A stretch of 64,000 bases of DNA. Origin: a virus. Under the pieces are notes generated by a model. That model worked only from the letters and a program-made list of their open reading frames with translations. It did not search any database and was not told the origin of the DNA. A program made the translations under genes and the position numbers. The stretch spans positions 1 to 64,000 of the IMG/VR virus record IMGVR_UViG_3300042564_002580; one strand, written 5' to 3'. This document shows positions 1-9,591 of the stretch, piece after piece (the first letter of the stretch is position 1; the number at the start of each line of letters is the position of its first letter).

Positions 1-966
1 ATTAGTAATGTTAACAGTGCAATTGATGACGCATGGCGTTACTATGATGAGCAGTCACAAAGAGAAATTCAATCTGCCATTGCTCAAGCAGCAGCAAACG
101 CTGCAGCCAATCAGCCTACCCCAGAGCCAAGTCCTGAACCAACTGCTGAAGAGCCACCTACTCCTGAGCCAAGTCCAGAGCCAACACCAGAAGAGCCTCC
201 TACACCAGAACCAAGCCCTGAACCTACACCAGAAGAGCCTCCTACACCAGAGCCTTCTCCAGAGCCAACAGTGGACCCTACAGACCAGCCTACACCTGAG
301 CCTACCCCAGAGGAGCCACCAACACCTGAACCTACCCCAGAACCAACTGAGGAGCCTGCCCCAGAACCATCTCCAGAACCTGGACCAGAACCAACGCCAG
401 AAGAAAACCCCTGGAATGAACCAGATGTAGAAATTACTGATGAAGTATTAGCAGCACTTGTTCCTGAAAAAGGAACGGGAACGGAAGAGGATCTATCTAA
501 TGTTATTGCTAACCTTACAAGCATAGATAATAAGTTAGTTACTCTTTCCCCTGAACAAGTAACAGCAGTTAGCCAAACACTTAGATCCTTGACTCAAGAA
601 GCAAAGGCTGAGGTTGCAGAAGACCTTGGCATTAAGCCTTCAGAGGTTGCACAAATTGCTGAGCAGATGAAGTCTAACCCAGCACTGGCAGAAGCATTCG
701 TTGAGTTTACAGATAGAGAGGCGGAGGCAGGAGAAACTCCAATGCCATTTACATTAGCAGATGCGGTAACAGAAGTACAAACAGAAGCATTCTTAGCAGA
801 CCCACTTGGAGCGGTATTTGAAGTGGATGTTACAGAACTCCTATCTAATTTCTCTGAATTAGGTATGGATATGACAGATGATCAGAGAGAAAAAGCACAG
901 GAAGTAATTGTCCCAGTGGTCATTGCATCACAAATTGCAGGGGCAATGATAAGGAGGAATAAATGA
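1..966 (+). CDS. 5'-truncated membrane-anchored protein with PEPT/PEEP proline-rich linker
   Basis: Frame 1 is open from base 1 through the 271..966 ORF; PEPTPEEPPT repeats; hydrophobic C-terminus (VIVPVVIASQIAGAMIRR). Confidence 0.75.
   Translation: MSNVNSAIDDAWRYYDEQSQREIQSAIAQAAANAAANQPTPEPSPEPTAEEPPTPEPSPEPTPEEPPTPEPSPEPTPEEPPTPEPSPEPTVDPTDQPTPEPTPEEPPTPEPTPEPTEEPAPEPSPEPGPEPTPEENPWNEPDVEITDEVLAALVPEKGTGTEEDLSNVIANLTSIDNKLVTLSPEQVTAVSQTLRSLTQEAKAEVAEDLGIKPSEVAQIAEQMKSNPALAEAFVEFTDREAEAGETPMPFTLADAVTEVQTEAFLADPLGAVFEVDVTELLSNFSELGMDMTDDQREKAQEVIVPVVIASQIAGAMIRRNK
115..410 (+). repeat. Imperfect tandem repeats encoding PEPTPEEPPT/PEPS
   Basis: Recurrent ccagag/cctgaa/cctacaccagaa units. 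Confidence 0.85.
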
Positions 967-1193
967 AAATAATCAAAAAGGCATTTAATCTAATAGGCAA
1001 GGCTATTAGGGGCTTGGCTAAGTGGTTTAAAGATGCAGGAATGGAGCTAATTGCCCAGGCATTCACCCTCCTTGGATTCTTTATTGCATGGTTAACTTTG
1101 ACTGGCTCAGCTAGAGATATCGTTGGTATAGCAGTATTAATAACTACTGTAATTTGGCTAGTAACTATACCACTTAGAAAAGACGATAAATAG
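963..1193 (+). CDS. Small 2-TM membrane protein (holin-like)
   Basis: Two hydrophobic segments, SD AAGGAGG, upstream of amidase. Confidence 0.55.
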   Translation: MKIIKKAFNLIGKAIRGLAKWFKDAGMELIAQAFTLLGFFIAWLTLTGSARDIVGIAVLITTVIWLVTIPLRKDDK

Positions 1194-1207
1194 TGTATAA
1201 TTGTACT

Positions 1208-1429
1208 ATGAGGAAAATATTTTCTATTGCTTTAGCAGGCTTACTAATGATATCATTAAGTGCATGTTCACCAGAATCTTTAAATAGATACCGATATCCA
1301 TGCCAAGATCCTAAAAATTGGGAAATTGCAGAATGTAATCCTCCAGAATGCGAAGCTACGCAGACTTGCACAAAAGATGTAATAAAAATTACACCTAACA
1401 CACCAGAACAGGAAATAACAAATGGCTAA
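1208..1429 (+). CDS. Small Cys-containing lipoprotein
   Basis: Signal peptide with lipobox LSAC; TATAAT at 1196-1201, 6 nt before ATG 1208 (leaderless). Confidence 0.6.
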   Translation: MRKIFSIALAGLLMISLSACSPESLNRYRYPCQDPKNWEIAECNPPECEATQTCTKDVIKITPNTPEQEITNG

Positions 1430-1832
1430 ACAAAAACTAACGCCCGCAGACTTAGATGCTCGATTAAAGTTTATTCTAGGAATAACTCTTGGAAGTATTC
1501 TTTTTATGACAGCTCTTGGAATTATCTATGGGCTGTTGTTTGTAACACAACCTATTGGAGCTCAGTCAGAAAATGACAAAATGTTTTTCAATGTTCTAGG
1601 TAGCATTGCAACATTTATTACAGGAACACTTGCAGGAATTCTAATTGGTAACTCAGGCGCTAAAGATATTATGGCAGCACAGATACAAAATAAAGAAGTA
1701 GATGCAAAAAATACACAGGCAGATAAAAAATTAGAAGCAGAAATTGATGCAACTGCAGCTCGTTTGGCAGCAAAGCCAGATGGAGCAATGCCAGAAGAGC
1801 AACCAGTTGATCTAGATTGGGATAAAGACTAA
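1422..1832 (+). CDS. 2-TM membrane protein of lysis cassette
   Basis: Two TM helices then coiled-coil tail; overlaps neighbours. Confidence 0.55.
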   Translation: MAKQKLTPADLDARLKFILGITLGSILFMTALGIIYGLLFVTQPIGAQSENDKMFFNVLGSIATFITGTLAGILIGNSGAKDIMAAQIQNKEVDAKNTQADKKLEAEIDATAARLAAKPDGAMPEEQPVDLDWDKD

Positions 1833-2461
1833 TGGCAGAACAAGGTACAGCAGCTCGTCTAATAGAAGTTGCTACAGCAGAGCTAGGAACTATTGAAGGT
1901 CCTAAAGACAACGAAACTAAATACGGTGCTTTTATGAAAGCAAACTTCCAACCATGGTGCGGAAGTTTCGTAAACTGGTGCGGGTCAGAATCTGGCGTAA
2001 AGATTCCTAATACTGTTTACACACCAGGAGGTGCAGCAGCATTTAAAAAAGCTGGTGCTTGGATTGATGTAGATGTTGCAGATCCAGAGCCAGGAGATAT
2101 AGCGTATTTTGATTTCCCTTCAGATGGCGTCGATAGAATTTCTCATGTAGGTATTGTTGTTAAAGACAATGAGGATGGAACTGTTTGGTGTATAGAAGGA
2201 AACACATCTTCAAAAAAGTCTGGAAGCCAAAGAAATGGCGGAGAAGTTTGCAAACAACTTCGTGCTTACAAGAAAAATAAAGCTGGTGTTCTTATTTCAA
2301 TCGTAGGATTTGGAAGACCAAAGTTTGGTGGATCAGCAAAGATTGAAACAAAGCCTTCATCAAAGCCATCTACATCACAAAAGATACCAGCAAAGGTAGA
2401 TCCTAAAGTTAAAGCGGCAATTGATTTATTAACTAAAAACGGATACACTGTATCAAAGTAA
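1832..2461 (+). CDS. CHAP-domain amidase/peptidase (probable endolysin)
   Basis: PWCGSFV, HVGIV and IEGNT CHAP motifs. Confidence 0.85.
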   Translation: MAEQGTAARLIEVATAELGTIEGPKDNETKYGAFMKANFQPWCGSFVNWCGSESGVKIPNTVYTPGGAAAFKKAGAWIDVDVADPEPGDIAYFDFPSDGVDRISHVGIVVKDNEDGTVWCIEGNTSSKKSGSQRNGGEVCKQLRAYKKNKAGVLISIVGFGRPKFGGSAKIETKPSSKPSTSQKIPAKVDPKVKAAIDLLTKNGYTVSK

Positions 2462-2608
2462 ATGAATAAATATTTGATTAAGCTAGAAATCTCAGTAGAG
2501 GTTGAAGCTTTTGATGAAGAGGACGCAAAGGAATATGTATCAGACATATTTGGTGTTGATGATGAAGTCAAATCTGTTAAGATATTGACTGTAAAACAAA
2601 AGAGTTAG
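2462..2608 (+). CDS. Hypothetical 48-aa protein
   Basis: ORF MNKYLIKLEISVEVEAFDEEDAKEYV..., below track cutoff. Confidence 0.6.
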   Translation: MNKYLIKLEISVEVEAFDEEDAKEYVSDIFGVDDEVKSVKILTVKQKS

Positions 2609-2616
2609 GCTAAAAA

Positions 2617-3306
2617 ATTAAAGTTGTTGTTGTAACTGGAGCAAGTTTTGGTATTGGTAGGGCCGCAGCCCTAGGATTTGCAAAACTTGGGTACAAGGTT
2701 TTTGCTTGCGCTAGAAGGAAAACGCTTTTAGAACAATTAGTAAATGAAGGCGGGGATAATATTATCCCAGTTGTTATCGATATAACCTCATCAAACTGCT
2801 CAGAAATATTAAATAGCGTAATTGGAGAATTAGGCGTAGATGTATTAATAAATTCTGCTGGCGGTGATTTTACTGGACCCAAGAAAGAAGGATTTGTTGG
2901 CTTTGATGTAAAAGAGTTTAAAGAATCTTTTAATTTAAATGTATTTGGAACTTTTGAAGTCATTAAAACAATTATTCCCAAAATGAAGAAATCTGAAAGC
3001 CCAATAATATTTACATTAACTTCTGTGGCTGGTTATACTGGACTTGATAATGTTGGCCTACCTTATCATTTAGCTAAAAATTCAGAGGGCAAAATGCTTG
3101 ACTTTTTATCAAAGAAGATCTATTCTATACGTAGTACAGATTTAATAATTTCTACAGTAAATAGCTTTAAAAAAGAAAATATGGAAGATTCATCAATGAC
3201 ACCTGAAGATATCTTTAGTGTTATTAAATTTATTTGTGAGTCACCAAAATATTTAACAGTTGATAAAATTCATCTGAGACACATTAATTCTGGAGGAGCA
3301 ATTTAG
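2617..3306 (+). CDS. Short-chain dehydrogenase/reductase, probable ATT start
   Basis: Open frame from ATT 2617: IKVVVVTGASFGIG (TGxxxGIG), INSAG, YHLAK (YxxxK); the track reports only the C-terminal half. Confidence 0.85.
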   Translation: MKVVVVTGASFGIGRAAALGFAKLGYKVFACARRKTLLEQLVNEGGDNIIPVVIDITSSNCSEILNSVIGELGVDVLINSAGGDFTGPKKEGFVGFDVKEFKESFNLNVFGTFEVIKTIIPKMKKSESPIIFTLTSVAGYTGLDNVGLPYHLAKNSEGKMLDFLSKKIYSIRSTDLIISTVNSFKKENMEDSSMTPEDIFSVIKFICESPKYLTVDKIHLRHINSGGAI

Positions 3307-3539
3307 TGATATGCCTTAATGAATCTGGAATAAATGTTTTAAAAAAGAGGGCTGAATCAAATAGCATAGAGATTAGATGGAATAATTATGATGTTATTCT
3401 CTGGCAAAAAAATTCTTCTGGGTTTTTTAATGTAAATGGAGAATATAGAAAAAACAATTGGGGCATTAGTAGCAAATTTGCTGTTAATAAAGATGGAGTT
3501 TGGGTATTGCCAACAAAGTATGTCAAATATTTTAAATGA
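3306..3539 (+). CDS. Hypothetical protein
   Basis: GTG start with SD GGAGGA, coupled to neighbours. Confidence 0.6.
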   Translation: MICLNESGINVLKKRAESNSIEIRWNNYDVILWQKNSSGFFNVNGEYRKNNWGISSKFAVNKDGVWVLPTKYVKYFK

Positions 3540-3831
3540 ATTAGATTCAGACGAACAGTCAATTAGATGGTGGCACCTGGCTGCATGTAGCGGCATGGAC
3601 ACTAATCTATTTTTTGATAAATACGAATCTGATATAAATATGGCAAAGGCTATAGATCAATGCTGCCTGTCTTGCCCAGTTATGAAAATATGCCACAAGT
3701 CTGGGATTGAAAATAATGAGTACGGTGTTTGGGGCGGAGTATATTTATCTTCAGGATTAATTGATAAAATGAAAAATGTTCATAAGACAAAAGATATATG
3801 GAAACAGATTAGAGCAAAACAAAATGTCTAA
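3520..3831 (+). CDS. whiB: WhiB-family Fe-S transcription factor
   Basis: AAC...LFF...CLSCPVMKIC...GVWGG signature. Confidence 0.9.
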   Translation: MSNILNELDSDEQSIRWWHLAACSGMDTNLFFDKYESDINMAKAIDQCCLSCPVMKICHKSGIENNEYGVWGGVYLSSGLIDKMKNVHKTKDIWKQIRAKQNV

Positions 3832-4129
3832 TGTGTATGACAATAAGCATTTTAAATATGGAATGAACCAATGGACTGGTGAGCCAAACAAACCAGTTTT
3901 TTACAATCTAGAAATGAAAAATAGATTAAGAGAGCTTAAGAAGCCAATGTTTTTATTAATGGATGTTGTTCAGTATCCAGAGTTTTTAGCATTAAGATTG
4001 TATGAAGATAACTTTATTCAATTTGATGGAATTGAAAAAGAAAAGGTTATTGATTATGTTTCAAGGGCAAAGAAGCTCCTTGAATCTTACGGCGTTAGAG
4101 TCGAGTTAGAAGGAAAACCACATGGGTAA
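3824..4129 (+). CDS. Hypothetical protein
   Basis: ORF coupled to whiB. Confidence 0.6.
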   Translation: MSNVYDNKHFKYGMNQWTGEPNKPVFYNLEMKNRLRELKKPMFLLMDVVQYPEFLALRLYEDNFIQFDGIEKEKVIDYVSRAKKLLESYGVRVELEGKPHG

Positions 4130-4634
4130 CCAAAAACAATATCTAGAGGATTATCGGACGGCCAGCGAGCAGCAGCTTAATAAGACACACTTTCAAGTTG
4201 TAGATGAATTTGTAGAGGCTAGTAAAAACCAGTTTGATAAGTACATGTTGACAATTGCAAGAGACGGGGAACAGCCAGTTAGATCGATCCGTGAGTTTAA
4301 CAATGCGGTTGACGCTGTAAACGTTTATAACTCATACACTGACTGGGGATTTGCAAAGGACTACCTTACTGTTCGCTTATATCAACCAGGTGGATTTATG
4401 TCAGAAAAGGTATTAAGAAGAGTTCATATTGGAGGATCCAGCGGCGACTGTACTTTTATTAAAGAAGACTATATTCAAGCTGCAAAGATTATGCTAAAAT
4501 ATAAGGATACGATGGAGTATGATAACTACCAGCAGATTGTTAAAGATTTTGCTGGACTATTTTCAAGAGACAACATCAGGTTTGATGTAAGTCGTTTTTT
4601 TAAAGCAACAGAATGCGAAGAGGTTTTTGAATGA
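4122..4634 (+). CDS. Hypothetical protein; C-terminus resembles the 29296..29487 protein
   Basis: KEDYIQAAKI...VKDFAGLFSRDNIRFDVSRFFKA vs RKDYVAVAEI...VNDFAEMFAKDNERFDVNRFHEA. Confidence 0.65.
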   Translation: MGNQKQYLEDYRTASEQQLNKTHFQVVDEFVEASKNQFDKYMLTIARDGEQPVRSIREFNNAVDAVNVYNSYTDWGFAKDYLTVRLYQPGGFMSEKVLRRVHIGGSSGDCTFIKEDYIQAAKIMLKYKDTMEYDNYQQIVKDFAGLFSRDNIRFDVSRFFKATECEEVFE

Positions 4635-4870
4635 GTGAAAAGATATTTTGTTATTCATGTAACAAAACAAAGAACAGTCTGAACTTAAAAAAATCATCAT
4701 TATTGACAATCAATTTGTTCTTATGTCAGACATGTATAGACAACAAGTTTGAGCCTAGATGGGTAGTATTAATTGCTGGCAGACAAAATGGTCACGAGCA
4801 TGTTAAAGATTTTATACAGAAAAAAAGATATGTTGGTGCAGAAATTTCAGCTTCAGAGCTATTAGTTTAA
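4631..4870 (+). CDS. Small zinc-ribbon protein
   Basis: CYSC...CQTC. Confidence 0.6.
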   Translation: MSEKIFCYSCNKTKNSLNLKKSSLLTINLFLCQTCIDNKFEPRWVVLIAGRQNGHEHVKDFIQKKRYVGAEISASELLV

Positions 4871-4899
4871 ACTAATTATAAGGTATAATATGATATATA

Positions 4900-5214
4900 A
4901 TGGAAATATCATATATAACAATATTAATATCAATATTAGCAGCCACCCTCAGCGGTTTTGGAACTGCAATAGTTGCTGGAGTTAGAGACGCCAAAAAGGA
5001 AAGAAATAGGCGGGAAGAAAAAGAAAAAGACCAGCTTAGATTAGATATGAAAGACCTTAAAATTGAGTTATATCAATTAGAAAAAGAATTAACTGAGTGG
5101 AAAGACAAATATTATAAAGCTATCCAGGATTTAATTGAAATGAAATCTGAATTAGATAGTGTAATCAGCCAATTAAATCACTTAGAATATCATGAGATCC
5201 TGGACACAGAATAA
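4900..5214 (+). CDS. N-terminal TM plus coiled-coil protein
   Basis: Hydrophobic N-terminus, heptad-rich tail. Confidence 0.6.
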   Translation: MEISYITILISILAATLSGFGTAIVAGVRDAKKERNRREEKEKDQLRLDMKDLKIELYQLEKELTEWKDKYYKAIQDLIEMKSELDSVISQLNHLEYHEILDTE

Positions 5215-5235
5215 TTAAAATAGTACAATAGTATT

Positions 5236-5793
5236 ATGACTTGTATTGTTGCAATTGCCCAAGGTGGTGTCGTTTATATGGCATCAGATCATGCTGCATC
5301 AGATGATAAAACTGGATGGATACTATCAAGAAAAGAACCAAAGTGTTTTAAAGTTGGTCAGTATGCTATTGCATTTACAGATTCATTTCGCATGGGGCAA
5401 ATTCTTCAGTACATGTGGACGCCTCCAAAATATACACCAACAAAAACTAATTCTGGTTTAGATAAGTTTATGAGAACTAAGTTTGTTGATTCAGTTAAGC
5501 TTGCGTTTAAAGAGCATGGGTATGGAAGCATTGGGTCATCTTCAGAAGAAGATACTGGTGGTATTTTTATAGTTGGTCTTGAAGGTAGAATCTTTACTAT
5601 AGATGAAGACTTTCATGTTGGAGAAAATATTGTAAACTACATGGCAGAAGGAAGCGGCGGACAGATAGCACTTGGAGCACTGCATGCAACAAAAAATCAA
5701 AAGAACCCTAGACTTAGATTAAAAGCAGCATTAGAAGCAGCAACTGAGTTTAATATGAGCGTGGCAGCCCCCTATACATACATTCAAGTTTAG
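5236..5793 (+). CDS. Ntn-hydrolase protease (HslV/proteasome beta-like)
   Basis: MTCIVAI N-terminal Thr, ASD, GSGG..ALGAL motifs. Confidence 0.8.
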   Translation: MTCIVAIAQGGVVYMASDHAASDDKTGWILSRKEPKCFKVGQYAIAFTDSFRMGQILQYMWTPPKYTPTKTNSGLDKFMRTKFVDSVKLAFKEHGYGSIGSSSEEDTGGIFIVGLEGRIFTIDEDFHVGENIVNYMAEGSGGQIALGALHATKNQKNPRLRLKAALEAATEFNMSVAAPYTYIQV

Positions 5794-5807
5794 TGTATAC
5801 TTAGACA

Positions 5808-6020
5808 ATGGACATCAATGACCTAAGACCAGATTACTCTCAGTCAATGGACGTAAGAGGTGTACCAACACATGTATGCCCATGTGGTTGTGAAATATGG
5901 AACCTTAAAGTTATTTTTGATAATTGCGAAATTGCAACTTATTTTTTAGATATGGAGTGTGCTAATTGTGGCACACTGGCAACTGCACCAACGCCACTTG
6001 ATAGAGAAGAAGAAGAATGA
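5808..6020 (+). CDS. Small zinc-binding protein
   Basis: CPCGC...CANC; TATACT 6 nt before ATG. Confidence 0.65.
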   Translation: MDINDLRPDYSQSMDVRGVPTHVCPCGCEIWNLKVIFDNCEIATYFLDMECANCGTLATAPTPLDREEEE

Positions 6021-6193
6021 GATCACAAAGAAGAATAGATTTGTTAGAACTTGAACTATATAAGCTTAGAATTGAATTAGATATAATGCACGAAATCATG
6101 AGTAATATTATTAACACACAAACTCAGGCAGCTGAGCTTAAAAATATGGATTCTGGTAAATGGTATCCACGCAAGAACCCAACACAAAACTAA
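6017..6193 (+). CDS. Hypothetical 58-aa protein
   Basis: ORF MRSQRRIDLLELELYKLRIE..., ATGA overlap. Confidence 0.55.
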   Translation: MRSQRRIDLLELELYKLRIELDIMHEIMSNIINTQTQAAELKNMDSGKWYPRKNPTQN

Positions 6194-6199
6194 AAACTA

Positions 6200-6228
6200 T
6201 TGACAAGCAGCACTTTATTTAGTAAAAT
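6200..6228 (+). promoter_or_regulatory. SigA-type promoter, leaderless
   Basis: TTGACA-N17-TAAAAT, ATG 7 nt downstream. Confidence 0.75.
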
Positions 6229-6235
6229 TAGTCTT

Positions 6236-7210
6236 ATGAAAAAACTAATTGCAGTTGGTCTTATTTCCGTTTCAATTTCAATTATGGCAACGCCTGCACA
6301 GGCAAATTTAAAGACACGGACTTTAGTTCCAACTCTAGCCATTTTAGACACCGCCTTGGATACATCAATACCATTAATTAAATCAAGATTATCTGGAGAA
6401 GTTTGCATACTTGATTGGCCATCTTGTCCCAATGGTAGTTCTTTTATGGAAGGCGAAGGGTCCACCACTCTTCCAATGAACATTCTTTCTAATATAAACT
6501 TTAGTCACGGTACTCAAATGGCTTCAGTAGCATTGCAAAGTAACCCAGATTTAAATATAGTTTTTGTTAGAATCTTTGGGAACACTTCATCAGGAGAAAG
6601 AGAAAGAACTGGGATTAGTACTTTAGTAAATGCATTAAATTGGGTTAGTGTTAATAGGGAAAAATATAACATAGTTGCGGTATCTGCATCGCAGGGAGCA
6701 TCTGGGCCTGTTATTAATAAGCCATCAAACTCAAGCTATTGTGCAGTAACACCTTTAGATAAAGTAGTTACTGATTTGAGCAACTCTGGTATTCCAGTAT
6801 TCTTTCCATCTGGAAACAGTGGTGCAGATCCTAGAATGAAAAACAAAATTGAATGGCCATCGTGCATAAGTCAGTCCATTGCAGTTGGTGGAGTTTTTGT
6901 TAATGATGAAATAGGAAAATCAATTAAGCCAAAGCTTAACATACAAAGTAATTATGACAAAAATCTTGTTGATATCTGGGGGGAATGGAATAGTAAGTCT
7001 ATTTACCCTGGTAATATAAATGGAATTTCTATTGGAACTTCTGTTTCAACTCAAGTTATTGCCGCAAAATATGTGGCTTTAAAGGCTGCAAAGCCAAACT
7101 TTTCTTCTGCACAGATAATTACGTTGATGAAATCATCTTCTGATATAGTGGTTAATTCAGCAAAACAAAGGGTTTATTTATTTAATCTAAGAAAGGCTAT
7201 CAATGGATAA
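6236..7210 (+). CDS. Secreted subtilisin-like (S8) serine peptidase
   Basis: Signal peptide; AILDT, HGTQMAS, SGNSG, GTSVS catalytic motifs. Confidence 0.85.
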   Translation: MKKLIAVGLISVSISIMATPAQANLKTRTLVPTLAILDTALDTSIPLIKSRLSGEVCILDWPSCPNGSSFMEGEGSTTLPMNILSNINFSHGTQMASVALQSNPDLNIVFVRIFGNTSSGERERTGISTLVNALNWVSVNREKYNIVAVSASQGASGPVINKPSNSSYCAVTPLDKVVTDLSNSGIPVFFPSGNSGADPRMKNKIEWPSCISQSIAVGGVFVNDEIGKSIKPKLNIQSNYDKNLVDIWGEWNSKSIYPGNINGISIGTSVSTQVIAAKYVALKAAKPNFSSAQIITLMKSSSDIVVNSAKQRVYLFNLRKAING

Positions 7211-7430
7211 AAATGTAACCGTAATGCAAGCAATAGTTGAAGATGTTGCAACAGAGCTATATCAGTTGTGGTACAACTCAGTTCCAGCCGAACAGAGAAC
7301 AGAAGAATCTTCTAAGGCAATGGCAAAAAATGCTTCAGAGACAACATTCTTTGTAGTACAAAAGTTTATGGATAAATTTAATGCAGAAGCAGAAAATCTG
7401 AAATCTGTTGACAAAGGCTCTGAAATTTAG
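7203..7430 (+). CDS. Hypothetical protein
   Basis: ORF with SD GAAAGG. Confidence 0.6.
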   Translation: MDKNVTVMQAIVEDVATELYQLWYNSVPAEQRTEESSKAMAKNASETTFFVVQKFMDKFNAEAENLKSVDKGSEI

Positions 7431-7442
7431 TATTATACTTAT

Positions 7443-7751
7443 ATGATAGTAACTGATGAGAATTTCGATAGCGTAGTATCTAGTCATAAAACTATACTTA
7501 TCGATTTTTGGGCACCCTGGTGTGGCCCATGCAAAAAGGTGTCTCCAATATTAGATGAGATATCTTCAGAGAGTGGATTATGGGTTGGAAAGTTAAATGT
7601 TGATGAGAATCCTATCAAATCAGCGGAATACTCAATAACCTCAATCCCATACATGGTACTATTTAGATCTGGAAAGCCAGTTAAAACTATTACTGGTGCA
7701 AAACCTAAGCATATTATGCTGGAAGAGCTTTCAGAATGGATCTCAGAATGA
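7443..7751 (+). CDS. trxA: Thioredoxin
   Basis: DFWAPWCGPCK; TTGACA..TATTAT promoter directly upstream. Confidence 0.95.
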   Translation: MIVTDENFDSVVSSHKTILIDFWAPWCGPCKKVSPILDEISSESGLWVGKLNVDENPIKSAEYSITSIPYMVLFRSGKPVKTITGAKPKHIMLEELSEWISE

Positions 7752-7921
7752 AAATGAAACTATTTAATTTCTGGATTAAATTTGGATATCGTAAGGGTTG
7801 GGTTTCGGATGTATTTTGCGATACACACGATGGTCCGCCTTTAACGGATGAAGAAATGCAAGAATGGGAAGAAGGAGGAGATCCCTGCTCTTTCCATGTA
7901 AAAATAAATGCACTACATTAA
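7748..7921 (+). CDS. Hypothetical protein
   Basis: GWVSDVFCDTHDGPP...GGDPC. Confidence 0.6.
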   Translation: MKMKLFNFWIKFGYRKGWVSDVFCDTHDGPPLTDEEMQEWEEGGDPCSFHVKINALH

Positions 7922-7969
7922 ATTTCTGTAATCGCAAAGGTTACAGAGGAAATAAGGAGAATAAATTAA

Positions 7970-9130
7970 ATGAACTCATTTAAGAAAATCGCACTAGCCA
8001 TGGTTGCAGCCATGACTTTGGGCACAATGGTAGCAACACCTGCAAGTGCTGCTGTAATGACAGTCGCTGTCGATCTCGCTGGAACGGCTAACACAACTGC
8101 CTCAGCAATCGCAACACCTGCATCATTGCCAGTCCCAGCAGACAACACAGTTGACGCTGCTGACGCACTTAAGTTCGTCGCAACAGTTGACACAGGAACA
8201 GTCGTTTCTGTAGTAACAACAAACGCAACAATCGTTTCTGCACTACACACAACCGCTGCACCAGTAACATCGGCATCAGGCTCTTCAAGCCTAAGCATTG
8301 CAACTGGTACAGGAACAACTGCAACATTCTATGTCTACACAAAGACAACAGCAATCGGTACAGTTGTAATTACCAATGGTGGAACACAACTTACATACTA
8401 CGTACAGGGAACTGCTGGTAAGATTAATAACCTAACAGTTTCTGCTCCAGCATCTGGTGCTGCAGGAACAAAGCAGGATATTCTAGTCACAGCAACAGAC
8501 GTATTTGGAAACAAGGTTTCTGCTAAGTCTCTTACTGCAACAGTATTTGCTGCTACAGCAACACTAGATTCAGCAACAGCAACAACTGGTGCTACACTTT
8601 CAGACTTTGGAGTTGCAAAGTTTACCGCAACACTTCCAACAACTGGAACACGAGCACTAATTATGTTTGCTCCAACTACATCAACTGACGCAAATTCAGC
8701 AGATGTCGTTGGCCTAACTGCTCGCACACTTGCACCATTTGCTGAGGTAACAGTTCGTGATCTAGTATCAGAACTTGCAGCACAAACTGCTGCTAAGGAT
8801 GCAGCACTTGCTGCTAAGGCAATCTCAGATGCTGCAGTCGTAAAGGCTGCTTCAGATGCTGTTGCTGCTAAGGCTGCTTCAGATGCTGCTCTCGCAGCAG
8901 AGAAGGCTGCTTCTGCAACTGCACTTGCTGCCGAGAAGGCTGCTTCTGCTAAGGCACTTGCTGATGCAAAGGCTGCTTCGGATGCAGTTGTACTTGCTAA
9001 GGATGCAACCATCGCTAAGCTAACAGCAGATAATGCTGCTGCACTTAAGTCAATCAAGACCGCTTTCAATGCACTTGCAAAGAAGTGGAATGCAAAGAAT
9101 CCAAATGCAAAGGTTACTTACCTAAAGTAA
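7970..9130 (+). CDS. Secreted Ala/Thr-rich surface (S-layer-like) protein with C-terminal coiled coil
   Basis: Signal peptide ending PASA, beta-rich Thr/Val body, AAKAASDAA heptads, strongly biased codon usage, own terminator. Confidence 0.7.
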   Translation: MNSFKKIALAMVAAMTLGTMVATPASAAVMTVAVDLAGTANTTASAIATPASLPVPADNTVDAADALKFVATVDTGTVVSVVTTNATIVSALHTTAAPVTSASGSSSLSIATGTGTTATFYVYTKTTAIGTVVITNGGTQLTYYVQGTAGKINNLTVSAPASGAAGTKQDILVTATDVFGNKVSAKSLTATVFAATATLDSATATTGATLSDFGVAKFTATLPTTGTRALIMFAPTTSTDANSADVVGLTARTLAPFAEVTVRDLVSELAAQTAAKDAALAAKAISDAAVVKAASDAVAAKAASDAALAAEKAASATALAAEKAASAKALADAKAASDAVVLAKDATIAKLTADNAAALKSIKTAFNALAKKWNAKNPNAKVTYLK

Positions 9131-9139
9131 TTAGTTAAA

Positions 9140-9171
9140 TAATGGGGCAGGTGCACGTGCCTGCCCCATTA
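9140..9171 (+). terminator. Intrinsic terminator hairpin
   Basis: TAATGGGGCAGG...CCTGCCCCATTA. Confidence 0.75.
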
Positions 9172-9196
9172 CTACTATTATGATAAAATAGATATT

Positions 9197-9349
9197 ATGG
9201 AATGGGATCATTTTCACACAATTAAAAAAAAAGTTTTAAACGAATTAATTAATGAAATAGAAAATTTAGAATTTCCGCCAGACTGGAGACCTAAAGATGT
9301 TTTAGCTCTCGTACTTAGAAAATTAAAAGAAAAAGAGGAATCATGTTAA
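9197..9349 (+). CDS. Hypothetical 50-aa protein
   Basis: TAAAAT 7 nt before ATG; ORF MEWDHFHTIKKK... Confidence 0.55.
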   Translation: MEWDHFHTIKKKVLNELINEIENLEFPPDWRPKDVLALVLRKLKEKEESC

Positions 9350-9591
9350 CTAAATTAAAAATAAATATTCTGGGTTGGCTCGGTGTCACACCAAAAGAAG
9401 TTGTGTTTGAAAAAATTGACACTGTTGTTATTAAGAAAGCTGCCAAGAAGGCACCAGCCAAGAAGGCACCAGCCAAGAAGGCACCAGCCAAGAAGGCACC
9501 AGCCAAGAAGGCACCAGCCAAGAAGGCACCAGCCAAGAAGGCACCAGCCAAGAAGTCTTCAGGCGGAGGAAAAGGATCTGCAGTACTATAA
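9343..9591 (+). CDS. Histone H1-like basic protein with (KKAPA)7 tail
   Basis: PAKKA repeats. Confidence 0.7.
   Translation: MLTKLKINILGWLGVTPKEVVFEKIDTVVIKKAAKKAPAKKAPAKKAPAKKAPAKKAPAKKAPAKKAPAKKSSGGGKGSAVL
9442..9555 (+). repeat. Perfect 15-bp tandem repeat (GCCAAGAAGGCACCA) x7.6
   Basis: Directly visible. Confidence 0.95.

Noticed and set aside
963-1832. Lipoprotein plus TM protein as a spanin pair
   Set aside because: Topology and gene order do not match i-/o-spanins and the inferred host likely has no outer membrane
8398-9069. Long antisense and alternate-frame ORFs (also 8..430, 111..524, 44479..45336, 47076..48002, 48750..49220, 57461..57901)
   Set aside because: Shadows of Ala- or Pro-rich repetitive genes; no RBS or motifs
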